Assembly (NCBI GenBank): GCA_963840455.1
Contig: CAWIYV010000010.1
Location: forward strand, 448,001-512,000
Source of the DNA: Nitrospirota bacterium
GTDB taxonomy: Bacteria > Nitrospirota > UBA9217
Length of the DNA: 64,000 nt
Direction of reading: 5' to 3'
In this document: positions 21,701 to 31,227 of the stretch, one piece after another
Numbering within the stretch: the stretch's first letter is position 1
Layout: every line of letters starts with the position of its first letter
The notes under the pieces: generated by a model
The model's database searches: none
Seen by the model: the letters and a program-made list of their open reading frames with translations, nothing else
What the model was told of the DNA's origin: nothing
Translations under genes and position numbers: made by a program

Positions 21701-21790
21701 ATCGTCGACGGCGCAAACAAGGGCGCCATAGCGGCCTACACCTTCACCAACGTCACGGCGAACCATACCATCAACGCCTACTTCCAGTAA
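15770..21790 (+). CDS. 2006-aa secreted multi-Ig-fold surface protein / adhesin
   Basis: N-terminal signal-like segment; Big-like domain; chitobiase/Fn3-associated IYYTTDGSTP; four ~100-aa Fn3-like YYWRA.A.D repeats; many ~76-aa YTITA.AG.NGSISPSG...GY.V.DV.VDG...HTISATF (divergent InlB-B-like) repeats; no CXXCH. Confidence 0.85.
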   Translation: MNTLLIWLATCLLKKGVRSLIIVFAIVMAVSLSIRSLPANAEEGGNDHCAAPPISTITSPLAGAQIGGVTTYTITGTASSAGTGVLKVKVSTNGGKNWHLATDTSGNASWTTWSFTWKMISNKADNDGDIDPDEKNVLKDGSYVIKSRAKSHSGCVETAGPGVTVTVDNTEPVTAASAAGYVFGSLTATSPVSVILSASDGAGSGVAAGYPKYCVDTANTCAPNLAYSSAINVTCAPGSTCTQYVRYYSLDRAGNSEVVQSSMVKQNVLDLLAPVTTASPAGGRSSNLQTVTLSCDDGAGSGCARIYYTTDGSTPTTNSAVYAGPISISKTSTVSFFAVDHAGNSEAVKSIAYIITYHVTTDAGAHGSISCGPVTVDYNANSLCTITPDAGYHIAGVSAGLTGGALNPVGAVTSYLLANVTADMTIAAAFAINTFTVTPSAGPGGSISPSTPRTVDYNGAALFSVTPDTGHHLVAVTGCNGTLSGNTYTTGAISGDCTVSAAFAIDTFTITMNTGTHGSASCDPTMVTYNAASTCVITPDAGYHASVTGCNGTLSGNTFTTGAITSDCTVSAVFVIDTFTVTPMAGAGGSFAPNAPLTVNYHGTATLTAVPDAGNHATITGCGGTQSGNTFTITAVKENCTVFATFANGAPSMPEIDFPLPASQTGLTPSLEVKASTDPDGDALTYTFEIYSDPELSEGARVAQAATTSASWVVPSAALADNTMYYWRAKAADGYLSSDWMPTANFFVNTANDNPTTPNISSPQDGVQVTTLAPALSVTNASDVDFYDALSYDFDVATDAGFTNIVARTSGIAKGAGGATSWIVMPALSENSLYYWRARAKDTNGGESVWVSASFFVNTANDSPTAPVIKTPSDGGEVATFTPTLVMNNATDLDSHFLMYTFELDTVNTFDSLNKQASGLIAEGADTTAWTPAALTENTTYYWRAKAGDGQADSPWVTASFFVNTVNETPSVPTLHGPANNSWVTVLAPSLQVNASIDPDNDGVTYAYEVYSDSALTSRVMAFSGAGTSWTINRNLIDNTWYWWRAQAKDEHGAVSGWTTASSFFVNDKGYNDPPGITIIKPGASDSTNAAGYTIAWTASDPDSDPVVTLFYDTTGSGFSGVQIATGMRLSDPVSSYVWDISGLGGGTYYVYAKIDDGTTAVYAYSGPLTIVRVPTYDVTATAEATGSITPSGTIRVNQGDSLTFKVTPNAGYVVRSFWVNGAPKTLSPDGVYTLSNIQASATVQAFFKVIPYTITSAVVPANSGKITSQGVNALGTYTYYIYSPDKTYDLAPNAGYHLLDVLVDGVSRGLVTSYTFVNDQANHTITALYEQNQPYIIAAHAGPNGSLSPSGDVSVIGGTNQTFTFTAAAGYRVLDVLVDGTSAGAMNSYTFVNVQAGHTISATFTPDVYTITAAADVNGSIEPSGALTVNKGASQTYTITPADGYQVSFVIVDNAQKGAITTYTFANIAANHTINAYFKVKTYNIIASAGAGGNITPSGTATRNIGTDQTYTITPSPGYHIADVAVDGLSQGAVATYTFASLSADHTITATFAPNPSYTLIASAGPNGSISPTGQISALGGTSRTFLIVPAAGYRVADVTVDGALQGAVTAYVFTNIAADHTISATFALIQYYDITAGAGPNGSISPSGTVSVPEFTNTTYTITPAPGYRVLDVLVDGASVGARISYTFSSVQAVHTISATFTPDVYTITASADVSGGIAPAGTITVSKGDSLTFTITPDAGYEVRSLIVDGANRGAVTTYTFANIAANHTISAYFKIITYTITAATDANGTISPAGVSFVNIGAGKTYTITPKPGYHTADVLVDGTSVGAVGTYVFTNVTSSHTITATFAENPAYTITAPDDMDFAGMHGSISPAGISTVLGGTNKRFDIIPDAGYRVDNVLVDGALVGAVTSYTFFDIQKNHTISATFTPDVYTITATAGINGNITPAGAITVNKGDSLTFTVTPDAGYTVFSVIVDGANKGAIAAYTFTNVTANHTINAYFQ

Positions 21791-21818
21791 TGCCTCGGTC
21801 AGTTTTGCAAGGCTGTGC

Positions 21819-21847
21819 AGGCCGGACCTGATGGTCCGGCCTTTTTT
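21819..21847 (+). terminator. Intrinsic terminator
   Basis: AGGCCGGACC-TGAT-GGTCCGGCCT followed by a T-run. Confidence 0.85.
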
Positions 21848-22049
21848 GTGAAAATTTCGTGCCAAGGTCCCGGAGGTGAACGGACAAGAGCGGAAAAACC
21901 CCTGTCGCGGTGCAGCGGCCGGGCTCTCAATAAAGCCGGTTTGGCGCGGTTGAGTTCCGCCTGTCGCAGTGGTATAATCACCCGGTTGCGAAGAGACAAG
22001 GAAAGCATAGCCATGCAAGGCAAGCGCAGAAGAGAGGAATGGCCAACGC

Positions 22050-22586
22050 ATGCGTTTTTTTGTTTTAGAAATCACCTATCTCATGTTTTTTTTATCCGGC
22101 GCGGCAGCGCTGATCTACCAGGTCGTGTGGGTCCGATCACTGACCCTCATTTTCGGCGGGTCCCAACCGGCTGTCACGGCGGTCCTTTCCATATTCATGG
22201 CCGGCCTGGCAATCGGCGGGTGTGTGATCGGGAAGTATGTGGATACCGTCAAGAAGCCGCTACTGCTCTACGGTCTGTTTGAGCTTGGTATCGCTCTTTT
22301 CGCCGTCATCTTTGTCGGTCTGATGAACCTCTATCCTTCGATCTCTATCTTCCTTGCCCGGGGGAGGGATGATTCTCCGCTGTATCTTTCGTTCATCCGC
22401 ATCCTCTTTTCCGTCCTTGCCCTGATCGTTCCGACAACCTTGATGGGTGGAACACTTCCCGTGCTGTCCCGATCCCTCTCTCATAAAACGCAAAATCTGA
22501 GAAATCACCTGTCGTTTCTCTATGGTTTCAATACCCTTGGAGCGGTACGGGGAGCGACAACGGCGGGCCCCCGGGCAAAAACCTGA
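22050..22586 (+). pseudogene. Truncated N-terminal membrane part of a fused MFS/spermidine-synthase-like protein
   Basis: FFLSGAAALIYQVVWVRSL, FMAGLAIGG, LYGLFELGI, PTTLMGGTLP, LYGFNTLGAV; stops at 178 aa with no methyltransferase-like domain. Confidence 0.8.
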
Positions 22587-22658
22587 TGATCTTTCGGAAT
22601 TTTCAGACGGAATCCAGCCTCTACCGGTCAAAGTGCATCGATGCCGCTGTCGAATGAC

Positions 22659-22817
22659 ATAAGACTGTTCCGGATATTCCCGGTCATCATAGTCATCGCA
22701 GTGTGTTTCGTGGTCAATGGGAACGCGCTTAGCAACGGATTTGTCTATGACGACATCCCCCAGGTGGTTCATAATTCCCGGATCAGGGATTTCCGGATTG
22801 CAGGGAATTATCAATAA
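22659..22817 (+). pseudogene. N-terminal remnant of a TMTC-like glycosyltransferase
   Basis: ...NALSNGFVYDDIPQVVHNSRIRDFR matches NTLRNGFVYDDIPQIVQNPWIRDVR of the 24448 gene; no start codon, early stop. Confidence 0.75.
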
Positions 22818-22829
22818 CAAGGAGGAGGA

Positions 22830-23579
22830 ATGCTTCACCAGAAGAAGATTGTTGTGGTCATGCCGGCCTACAATGCCTCCAAGACCCTAGAGCTGACCTA
22901 CAACGAGATCCCGATGGACATCGTTGATGATGTGATCCTGGTCGACGATGCGAGCAGGGACGATACAGCCGAAAGAGCAAGGGAGCTTGGCATTAATACC
23001 ATCATCCACGTAGAGAACCGCGGATACGGCGGCAACCAGAAGACGTGCTACCGCGAGGCATTGTCAAAGGGAGCTGACGTGGTAGTCATGCTCCACCCCG
23101 ATTACCAGTATTCTCCCCGTTTGATTACGGCCATGGCATCCATGATCATATCCGGACATTATGATCTTGTGTTGGGATCGCGGATCCTTGGTGGCCAAGC
23201 ACTGAAAGGTGGGATGCCCCTGTATAAGTATGTCGCGAACCGGCTACTTACTTTTGTAGAGAACATGGCTATCGGAGCCAAGCTGTCGGAATACCATACC
23301 GGATACCGGTCATTCAGTCGCCAAGTCCTGGAAAACCTCCCTTTGGAAGCGAATTCCGATGATTTTGTATTCGACAACGAGATGCTTGCCCAAGCAGTGT
23401 ATTTTGGGTTCCGGATCGGAGAGATAAGCTGTCCAACGAAATATTTTGATGATGCCTCCTCGATCAACTTCCGGAGAAGCGTCGCATACGGGTTCGGAGT
23501 ACTCGCAACATCCCTACAATTCCTGCTGCAAAAATGGGGAATAAAAAATTCGCCTCTGTTCAAAAAAATGAAAAAGTGA
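22830..23579 (+). CDS. GT2 polyprenol-phosphate glycosyltransferase (DPM1-like)
   Basis: [32 protein letters not shown]; strong RBS AAGGAGGAGG. Confidence 0.92.
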   Translation: MLHQKKIVVVMPAYNASKTLELTYNEIPMDIVDDVILVDDASRDDTAERARELGINTIIHVENRGYGGNQKTCYREALSKGADVVVMLHPDYQYSPRLITAMASMIISGHYDLVLGSRILGGQALKGGMPLYKYVANRLLTFVENMAIGAKLSEYHTGYRSFSRQVLENLPLEANSDDFVFDNEMLAQAVYFGFRIGEISCPTKYFDDASSINFRRSVAYGFGVLATSLQFLLQKWGIKNSPLFKKMKK

Positions 23580-23655
23580 AAACGGCGGTCTGAACCGCAT
23601 AGATTTCTGTGCTGAAAGAGCGGCCGCCCGTGCAGCACAAGTGAACAAATGGACC

Positions 23656-24174
23656 ATGAACAGGGCTGCCGCTGATTCTGCCAGCCTGGCACATGCGCGC
23701 TTCCTGAAAAGTGCATACGAAACACAGGAATTCAAGAAACTGCTTGAAGAACTTGGCACACAGTATCCGTGGTTTGCGCCGGGACGGTTTCTCAGGAATG
23801 AGTACCTGGCGTAGTCCATGTTGCAGCCATCGCTCATCCGGAGGAGCGCATTCCTGCTCTTTCATGAAAAGGGACAGAGTATCACGAAGGAGATCGCTAC
23901 CGTTCTCGTGCCGATCAGTCCGGAGCGGGCATCTGTTGTTTTTGTCGATTATGCTGCGAAAAAGGTCTATGGTCAGCGGTATTTCTCCGGCGCTGACCGC
24001 GATACGGAGATCAATCGTTTTGCCCAAGATGTCGCGGCCGCGCTTGAAGCCGCATACCGAAAAGAAGCCTATCACGCCCGCAGCCGGGGGAATCAGCTCC
24101 AACCTGCAGAGTCAACGCTTCGGAGAATGCAGGATATCATTATTTTGAAGGTTCAGGAGGCCCGGGATTCATAG
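23656..24174 (+). pseudogene. Probable gene fragment interrupted by in-frame TAG (23812-23814)
   Basis: Protein-like frame from ATG 23656 is in frame with the 118-aa ORF at 23818; family not recognised. Confidence 0.4.
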
Positions 24175-24447
24175 TATCGATGCGCCGCCACTGACCATGT
24201 CGAGGACGGAAGGCCAAGGTCGACTCTCTGGATATAGGCCTCTTTCGAGCAATCTGACCCAGCAGAGGACGCTGTTTCCCAGGCCCGTGCCGGGAGGTTC
24301 GGACGGGCCACCACCGCAGAGTGCCCGAGGATCATGAGTATTTCTTCCAGCCACATACGCTCAGGGGCTGCTGATCCTTCTGTGGCGGGACCAAAAGCAC
24401 GAACGCTTGCCGCGTGAGCAGACGTGCAGGGTCGGGAGCAGGAAACG

Positions 24448-26274
24448 ATGATATTCATACCCAACGCAGTGACAGACGCACCTCGCACAAAAATAGAGCA
24501 ACCATCGCAGTGGTCTTATCTCAGAATCCCTTTGCTGTTCCTGATGGCGGTCATCATTGCGTCTTCCGGGGTCTATGTGAACACCCTCCGCAACGGATTC
24601 GTGTATGATGACATCCCGCAGATAGTGCAGAACCCTTGGATCCGGGATGTCCGGTTCCTTCCCGAGATTTTTTCCACCAATGTCTGGGGATTTCAGGGCA
24701 TAAGCACCAACTACTACCGGCCCTTTTTACACGTCATCTACCTGCTGAGCTACCAGCTTTTTGGCTTGGCACCCTGGGGATTCCATCTCGTCAACATCGT
24801 TCTGCACGTAGGCGTGACCTTGCTGGTGTTCCTGCTCTCATCCCGACTTTTCCAGGCGGCCTCTCCTCGAGCCGCTTCCGCTTCATCGATCTTACCGTTC
24901 ATCGCGGCAATGCTATTTGCCGTTCACCCCATCCATACCGAGGTCGTTGCTTGGGCAGGAGGGGTCACGGACCTCTCCTTCACCCTGTTCTTCCTTCTCG
25001 CCCTTTATCTCTATATCCTCTCCACCGATAGGGGTGTCCATCAGAAGGGCTTCTACCTTCTTTCCGTAGCGTGCTTTTTTTTCGCAACCCTTTGCAAAGA
25101 GCCGGCCCTGACCTTCCCGGTCATCCTTGCAGCCTACGACTACGCCTTCAGCAGGGAGACGCTCCGACCCCTTGATTATCTGAAACGATATTCCCCCTAT
25201 CTGGGAGTTGCAGCCGTCTACTTCATCCTGAGGGTCAACGCCCTCGGCGGTTTTGCGCCGGTCAGCCGCCACAGCGAGTTAAGCGCTTATGAATACCTGA
25301 TCAATGCTTTGCCTCTTTTCCGGCAGTATCTGGGAAAACTTCTTCTCCCGACTCATCTCAATGTTTACCATGTTTTTTCACCGATCTCCTCCCTCCTTCA
25401 GCCGAACGGTCTGCTTTCCCTGGCCGCCACCGTGGTCTTTGCCATCGCCGTTCTGCTGGCCTTGAAAAAGAGCAGGCAGGTCTTTTTCGCCCTTGCCCTC
25501 GTGCTGGTGCCCTTGCTGCCGGCCCTTTACATTCCGGGGGCCGGCGAAAACACTTTTGCCGAGCGGTACCTCTATCTTCCGTCCTTCGGCTTCGTACTCT
25601 TTATCGCCTTCCTTGCGGATCAGGTGGTGCTCTATATGCCGCGCTGGTCCGTTCCCTTGGCCGCGGCATTCGCACTCGTCGCCGTTCTCTACGCCTTCGG
25701 CACAGTGCAGAGAAACGTTGTCTGGAAAGATGATGAGCGCCTTTGGCGAGACGTGGTGGAAAAATCGCCTGCCAGCGCCGTTTCCCACTATAACCTTGCC
25801 TGTATATTGAGTACCCGAGGTCAGAACGACGAAGCGATAAGGGAGTTTCGGACCGCGATCCGCCTGCAGCCGGCTGCCACGGCTTACAAGCGCCTTGGTG
25901 TGGCCTACCAAGCCAAGGGACTCATCGGCGAGGCTATTGAACAGTACCAGCTTGCCATACGGCTGCAACCCGGCGATAGCGATGCCCACGCCTTGCTTGC
26001 GGCTGCGTATGCCGATTCAGGATCACTGGACAAGGCGATTGAGCATTTTCGCATCGTCGTGCAACTACAGCCGGATTCCGCTAATGCCCAGTATGATCTG
26101 GGGAGGGCGTACCTCGAAAAGGGGCGACCGGCGGAGGCCATACCTCATTTGGAGGCCGCCGTGCTGCTCAATCCTTCTGATCCGTTGTTCCGCAGCACCC
26201 TGAACAGGGCGTTATCGATGAAGGCACCTGCCGCGAAGAACGATGGCAGGACCGGCAGCAGGAGAGATCGGTAG
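24448..26274 (+). CDS. TMTC-like GT-C membrane glycosyltransferase with C-terminal TPR
   Basis: GFVYDD acidic motif, YYRP, FAVHPIHTEVV, KE, ERYLYLPS, RNVVW...LW, TPRs. Confidence 0.88.
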   Translation: MIFIPNAVTDAPRTKIEQPSQWSYLRIPLLFLMAVIIASSGVYVNTLRNGFVYDDIPQIVQNPWIRDVRFLPEIFSTNVWGFQGISTNYYRPFLHVIYLLSYQLFGLAPWGFHLVNIVLHVGVTLLVFLLSSRLFQAASPRAASASSILPFIAAMLFAVHPIHTEVVAWAGGVTDLSFTLFFLLALYLYILSTDRGVHQKGFYLLSVACFFFATLCKEPALTFPVILAAYDYAFSRETLRPLDYLKRYSPYLGVAAVYFILRVNALGGFAPVSRHSELSAYEYLINALPLFRQYLGKLLLPTHLNVYHVFSPISSLLQPNGLLSLAATVVFAIAVLLALKKSRQVFFALALVLVPLLPALYIPGAGENTFAERYLYLPSFGFVLFIAFLADQVVLYMPRWSVPLAAAFALVAVLYAFGTVQRNVVWKDDERLWRDVVEKSPASAVSHYNLACILSTRGQNDEAIREFRTAIRLQPAATAYKRLGVAYQAKGLIGEAIEQYQLAIRLQPGDSDAHALLAAAYADSGSLDKAIEHFRIVVQLQPDSANAQYDLGRAYLEKGRPAEAIPHLEAAVLLNPSDPLFRSTLNRALSMKAPAAKNDGRTGSRRDR

Positions 26275-26361
26275 CGACAACGAAGAGGCCGAGACCGGAA
26301 AGGGCGGGCAGACAGTGAGATGTCCTGCCCCGCGAACGCAGAGGCCGACCAACGGTTTTCT

Positions 26362-27507
26362 ATGGCAAAGCTCAACCTGAAAGAGTTCGTCGTTTTCATA
26401 AAATATTCTGCCGTGGGCGTTACCGGAACGGTGCTGGATGTAGGATCGCTCTATATTTTTGTCGACCTGTTGCACATCTCTGTTCTCGTTGCCGCAGCGA
26501 TGTCCTTTACTCTCGCCGTTGTCAACAATTTTATCCTGAATAAGTTCTGGACGTTCCGGAATGCCGGTCGCAATATAAGAAAACAATTCATTAAGTTCGT
26601 CATTGTTTCTGTCGTCGGGCTCGCCCTTACGGAATTCTGCATGGCGGTCTTTGTGTTCCTTTTGGGCATCTGGTATATTGCGTCAAAACTGATCACGTCG
26701 GTCGTCGTGTTGACATGGAATTTTCTTGCGAATAAAAATTGGACATTCACCGAGACCATCCGCCCTCTTTCAGTGGCCGATCGATATGATTATGACCTTA
26801 CGATAATTATTCCAGCTTTTAATGAAGAAAAACGCATAGGAAGTACGCTCGACGTCATTCATAGGTATTTTGACCAGAAAAGCATGACACGGGAGATTAT
26901 TGTTATCGATGACGGCAGCAATGATGATACGGCCGGAGTCGTGAACGCAATGAAAAGGCGGATACACGACTTGCGTTGCATCCGCTCTCTTCCCAATCGC
27001 GGCAAGGGATATGCGGTCAAGGCCGGCGTGGAACAGAGCAGAGGAGAATACGTCCTGTTTACTGACGCGGACAACTCTACGCCGATCGAGGAATTTGAAA
27101 AATTTCATCCTATCTTGCCTCACGCAAAAGTTGTTATCGGTTCCCGCTATATGGCCAAAAGCTCCGTGGTCATCAGACAGCCATACTACCGGATCCTCCT
27201 CGGACGACTGGGCAATTTTCTCATCCGGGTCTTTCTCTTCGATGATATCAGGGACACCCAATGCGGATTTAAAGCCTTTCAGCACCGTGCGGCCCGGGAG
27301 CTGTTCAGCCGCATGAAGGTCAACCGGTTCGGGTTCGATATCGAGCTGTTGTCCATCGCGCATCTGTTAAAGTATTCCGTACGCGAGGTCCCGGTAAGCT
27401 GGTATAATTCACCCCTGAGCAGGGTCAGGCCGATAAAGGACGCTTTGCGTACGTTTGCTGATCTGATCTACATAAAACTCAATCTTCTGAGCGGACGATA
27501 TGAATAA
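26362..27507 (+). CDS. GtrA-like flippase fused to GT2 (dolichyl-phosphate glucosyltransferase-like)
   Basis: 4-TM GtrA domain (NNFILNKFWTF, WNFLANKNWTF), then IIPAFNE, DDGSND, NRGKG, FTDAD, DTQCGFK. Confidence 0.9.
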   Translation: MAKLNLKEFVVFIKYSAVGVTGTVLDVGSLYIFVDLLHISVLVAAAMSFTLAVVNNFILNKFWTFRNAGRNIRKQFIKFVIVSVVGLALTEFCMAVFVFLLGIWYIASKLITSVVVLTWNFLANKNWTFTETIRPLSVADRYDYDLTIIIPAFNEEKRIGSTLDVIHRYFDQKSMTREIIVIDDGSNDDTAGVVNAMKRRIHDLRCIRSLPNRGKGYAVKAGVEQSRGEYVLFTDADNSTPIEEFEKFHPILPHAKVVIGSRYMAKSSVVIRQPYYRILLGRLGNFLIRVFLFDDIRDTQCGFKAFQHRAARELFSRMKVNRFGFDIELLSIAHLLKYSVREVPVSWYNSPLSRVRPIKDALRTFADLIYIKLNLLSGRYE

Positions 27508-27618
27508 GGGCGGTCACCGAGAAAACACGGTATGCCCTCTGGAAGGCGCCGCCTTTTCTCGAAAGCATTATTCCACGCGCAGGGACCAGAGAATCGTCGG
27601 TGCAGCAGAGGAGAAAGC

Positions 27619-28566
27619 ATGATGCATCAGGAAACGGGACAGGAGACCGAAGGGCGCCGCATTCTGCCTTTGAGCGTCTTGATCCTGTTGCTGGCGGCTG
27701 CATCGTTCGCACGGAACGGCATCTATCACGAGGACCTGCGCTTGTGGCAGGATGTGGTGGAAAAAAGCCCTGCAAAGGCCCGGCCCCGCTATCAACTGGG
27801 TTTCTATTACGATAAGCGGGAACACCACGAAGAGGCAGTACGGGAATATCGGGCAGCGATCCGGCTCGGCCCTCCGGGTCCCGTTGTCGACCGGGCGCAT
27901 AATAATCTCGGGAACCTTTACGGAAAACAAGGCCGCTTTGAGGAGGCGATAGAGGAATTTCAGGCAGTCCTCCGGTATGATCCTAGGGATAGTGTCGCCC
28001 GTGCAAACCTCGGGATCATCTACGCCAAGCAGGGGAGAGTGAGTGAGGCTCTCCATGAGTTCCAGACCGCCATTGAGGCCGATCCCGGCAATACCATGGC
28101 ACATTACAATCTTGGCAATGCATACCAGGAACAGGGAAGGCTCGGAGAGGCAATCTTGGCATACCAGGCGGCCCTGCGGATGGACCCCGCCCATGCCGAC
28201 GCGCGTAATAACCTCGGATTGCTGTACGGGGAGCAGGGACGTTTTGCAGAAGCGATCCAGGAGTTTCAGGAGGCAATAAAAAGCCAGCCCGAGAGTGCAG
28301 AGGCATACAACAACCTCGGGATCGTCTTCGCGAAACAGGGCCGATATGATGAAGCGATCCGCGCGTTTCAACGGGCTCTCCTGCACGGGCCTGAAAGCGC
28401 CGAAGTGCACAAAAACATCGGCATAGCGTACAGCTACCAGGGGCGCCTCGAAGACGCCATACGGGAATTCCAGACCGCGCTCCGGATCGATCCGGGACAT
28501 GCCGGCGCCCGCCACCATCTGGAGAGCACGTACAAGAAATTAAGGGATAATCGCGGCGTCAAATGA
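27619..28566 (+). CDS. Membrane-anchored TPR protein (C-terminal half of the TMTC-like architecture)
   Basis: One TM, RNGIY...LWQDVVEKSP.KAR motif, ~8 TPRs (AHNNLG...GRFEEAI). Confidence 0.85.
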   Translation: MMHQETGQETEGRRILPLSVLILLLAAASFARNGIYHEDLRLWQDVVEKSPAKARPRYQLGFYYDKREHHEEAVREYRAAIRLGPPGPVVDRAHNNLGNLYGKQGRFEEAIEEFQAVLRYDPRDSVARANLGIIYAKQGRVSEALHEFQTAIEADPGNTMAHYNLGNAYQEQGRLGEAILAYQAALRMDPAHADARNNLGLLYGEQGRFAEAIQEFQEAIKSQPESAEAYNNLGIVFAKQGRYDEAIRAFQRALLHGPESAEVHKNIGIAYSYQGRLEDAIREFQTALRIDPGHAGARHHLESTYKKLRDNRGVK

Positions 28567-28624
28567 TACTATTCTTCGAGGCGGTATCCCACGGAATGAT
28601 TTGCTGCGGTAGCAACTCTGACCA

Positions 28625-29719
28625 ATGAATAGACAAATAACAACAGTCATTGCGTTCTGTCTGCTCTCCTTGTTCTGTGGCACCGGCCATGCAGAAGAAT
28701 ACGTATGGCATTTTGACAAGGGCGCTGATGCGTTGCATTGGAAGGCTCTCAATGCGGCTCCCGAGAACACGGCCGACGGGTTTTCCCTTGTCCGGCAGGA
28801 TGACCCGTTCTGGTTCGTTTCACCGCCGAACCTCAATATTTCTCCCGAGCTTTCGTATGCAGAGTTCAGGCTCAAGACCCCTGAAACCTATCTGCGCGGG
28901 TATCTCGTTGTGAAAACACGCGATGCCAGAAGTTGGGAAGAGGAATTTACCCTGGGTCTGCCCGATACGTACCATGTGTACCGGATCAATATGCAAAAGG
29001 GCAACGTGACCGGATCCCCGGTTGACGCGGTCGCATTCTCGTTCGGCGGCGTTGACCGGGTTTTCCTTGACTACGTCAAGATCTATCAACCATCTTTTCT
29101 TCAACTCCTGGGAGTGTATTGGGGAGAGTTCTGGAGCGTACCGTTTACAAGTTCGACAACCGTTAATTTCGTCGATACTCCTCTGATAGGCGATTATCCG
29201 TTCCTGGCCCCCCTGTATATTCTTCTCCTGGTCATCGTGGTCTGCATGGTCGCCCTGCTGAGACCGGTTACCAGGCAGTCCGTCGTGAGATCCCTGCTCC
29301 TGTCCTGCATGGCGGCGGGGGCGTTGTTCGCCGTGCGTATGGATTACACCTGGTATATGCAGTGGAGAGCGGACCGGTCATCGCTGGGGCAGAGAAGTCT
29401 TGATGAACGGATAGCCCGGGTGGACGGTACAGGAGCGTATACTTTCGCTCAGGGCTTGAAAAAGGTCATCCCTCCCGGCTCGACCGTAAGGATCTACGCC
29501 GGCATTCTTGAGGGTAAGGTGAGATACTACCTCCTGCCTGTAAAAGTATCTGCTCGGGCACCGTATATCGCGGTTTTTAAGGACCCCGCTATTTCCCATG
29601 ACCCAGTCAATAAATTGCTGCAGAGAGATCACGAGATCGTGGCCCGGAACGTCCAATTGATCATGGCTATTGGAAAAGACGGTTTTCTCTACAAATCCTC
29701 CGAGGACGGCCACCCATGA
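28625..29719 (+). CDS. Exported/membrane hypothetical protein (periplasmic beta domain plus TM segments)
   Basis: Signal peptide ending GHA-EE, two internal hydrophobic helices, stop overlaps the next start (ATGA). Confidence 0.7.
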   Translation: MNRQITTVIAFCLLSLFCGTGHAEEYVWHFDKGADALHWKALNAAPENTADGFSLVRQDDPFWFVSPPNLNISPELSYAEFRLKTPETYLRGYLVVKTRDARSWEEEFTLGLPDTYHVYRINMQKGNVTGSPVDAVAFSFGGVDRVFLDYVKIYQPSFLQLLGVYWGEFWSVPFTSSTTVNFVDTPLIGDYPFLAPLYILLLVIVVCMVALLRPVTRQSVVRSLLLSCMAAGALFAVRMDYTWYMQWRADRSSLGQRSLDERIARVDGTGAYTFAQGLKKVIPPGSTVRIYAGILEGKVRYYLLPVKVSARAPYIAVFKDPAISHDPVNKLLQRDHEIVARNVQLIMAIGKDGFLYKSSEDGHP

Positions 29720-31156
29720 CGATCATGATGCTCGCATATGCTTTGGCTGTGCCTTCGGTGTCCGGATTCCTGTTCGTCACCTGGTGCACCCGTTCAGACC
29801 TCAAGCAGAGCTTTTTTGAACGGTTCTTTCTCGGCTTTGGCATCGGCACAGGGATTATCACGTTCGAGATGTTCCTCCTCGGGCTGTTCAGAATACCGTT
29901 GAACACTGGTGGCGATCTCTATCATGCCGATCGCAACAGCGATTCTTCTTGGGTATCTCCTGTACCGGTCAGGAATACCATGGCGACAGATCTTCAGCCA
30001 AGCGGCAGAAGATACTGATGTGTCACCGGTAAAGGCAGCGTATCTCAAAAGGTTCATTGTCTTTGTCCTCATCGCATGGATCCTTGCAAAGGTCCTGTTT
30101 GTCCTGTATGAAGGGTTTTTCCTGCCTGAGCACACATCGGACAGTTGGGAACACTGGAGTTCAGGCGCTAAATTCATTTTTTATGAAAAAGGTCTTGCAC
30201 TCGATCCTGCGAACGAGCACTTTTTTGGAGCGGGCTACTTGAAAGTGCAGCGATATCCGCTGAATGTTCCCCTCATGCAGGTCTGGATCTCTCTCTGCAT
30301 CGGGGAGGCCCATGAAGTGTACATGAAGGTATGGAATGCCCTGTTTTTCATCAGCATGGTAGGCCTGCTGTTCTTTGCTCTCCGCAGGAAAACGACGCTC
30401 ATGACCGCACTCCTTGCCGCCTTTTTCCTCTCGACGGTTCCGCTGCTCACCTATCATGCGCTTACCGCATATGCGGACCTGCCGTTAAGCGCCTACGCTC
30501 TGGGCGCCATGGTCTGTTTCTGGAACGCGATCGAGGCTCTGAAGAGCGGACGCGCCGGCCATGCCACAGGCCTATTCGTGCTCATGGGTGCCTGTGCGGC
30601 GCTGTGCGTGTGGACCAAGATGGAGGGCTTGTTTTTCGCAGCAGCCTTTTCCGCTTCGTTGGCGCTTTATTATCTGATGAAAAAAATTTCATTCACACAG
30701 GTGATGGCCTTTCTCGCCCCTCTCGTTCTCGTCTCCGTTCCGTGGTATGTTTTTTTGATGAGCATTGGCGTTCCGATAAGTTATGGCAAGGCGGAGTTGC
30801 CGGGAGCAACGATGACCGCGGGAATTCATTTCCAGGTGCTGCCCGTCATAGCTGAGCAGATCCTGTTCTCGGCGAATTTCAACCTGATCTTTTTGTTCCT
30901 GTTCCTGCTGGTCATCGCTGGATACAGGCGGATCCGGGAGTCCGGCCTCGGATACCTTTACGCGGTGTTGCTCTCCGTCATGGCGATGTTTCTTGTGATG
31001 TATCTGGGCACGGATACGTACCGGTGGGTTATGAACCTGACAGCGGTCAACCGGAATATCCTGACCTTTATCCCGATGATGTATTATGTGTCGGCATTGA
31101 CCGCCGGCAGGCTTCTCGAGGGGGATGTGGTCACGGACCGCCGGCCGCATCGATGA
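29716..31156 (+). CDS. Multi-TM GT-C/PMT-like glycosyltransferase, +1 frameshift near 29907
   Basis: The 29716 and 29909 ORFs join by removing one base in AACACTGGTGGCG; motifs DSWEHW, YPLNVP, YADLP, WTKMEG. Confidence 0.72.
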
Positions 31157-31227
31157 GGTCCCGACAAGGGGGATCCCATGCCATCAAAAATATTCTGATC
31201 ATGCCACGGAGAGGCCGGACCGGCGAT

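Noticed and set aside
23812-23814. Pyrrolysine or stop read-through at the in-frame TAG
   Set aside because: No pyl genes in the window and no recognisable family; a nonsense mutation in a decayed gene is simpler
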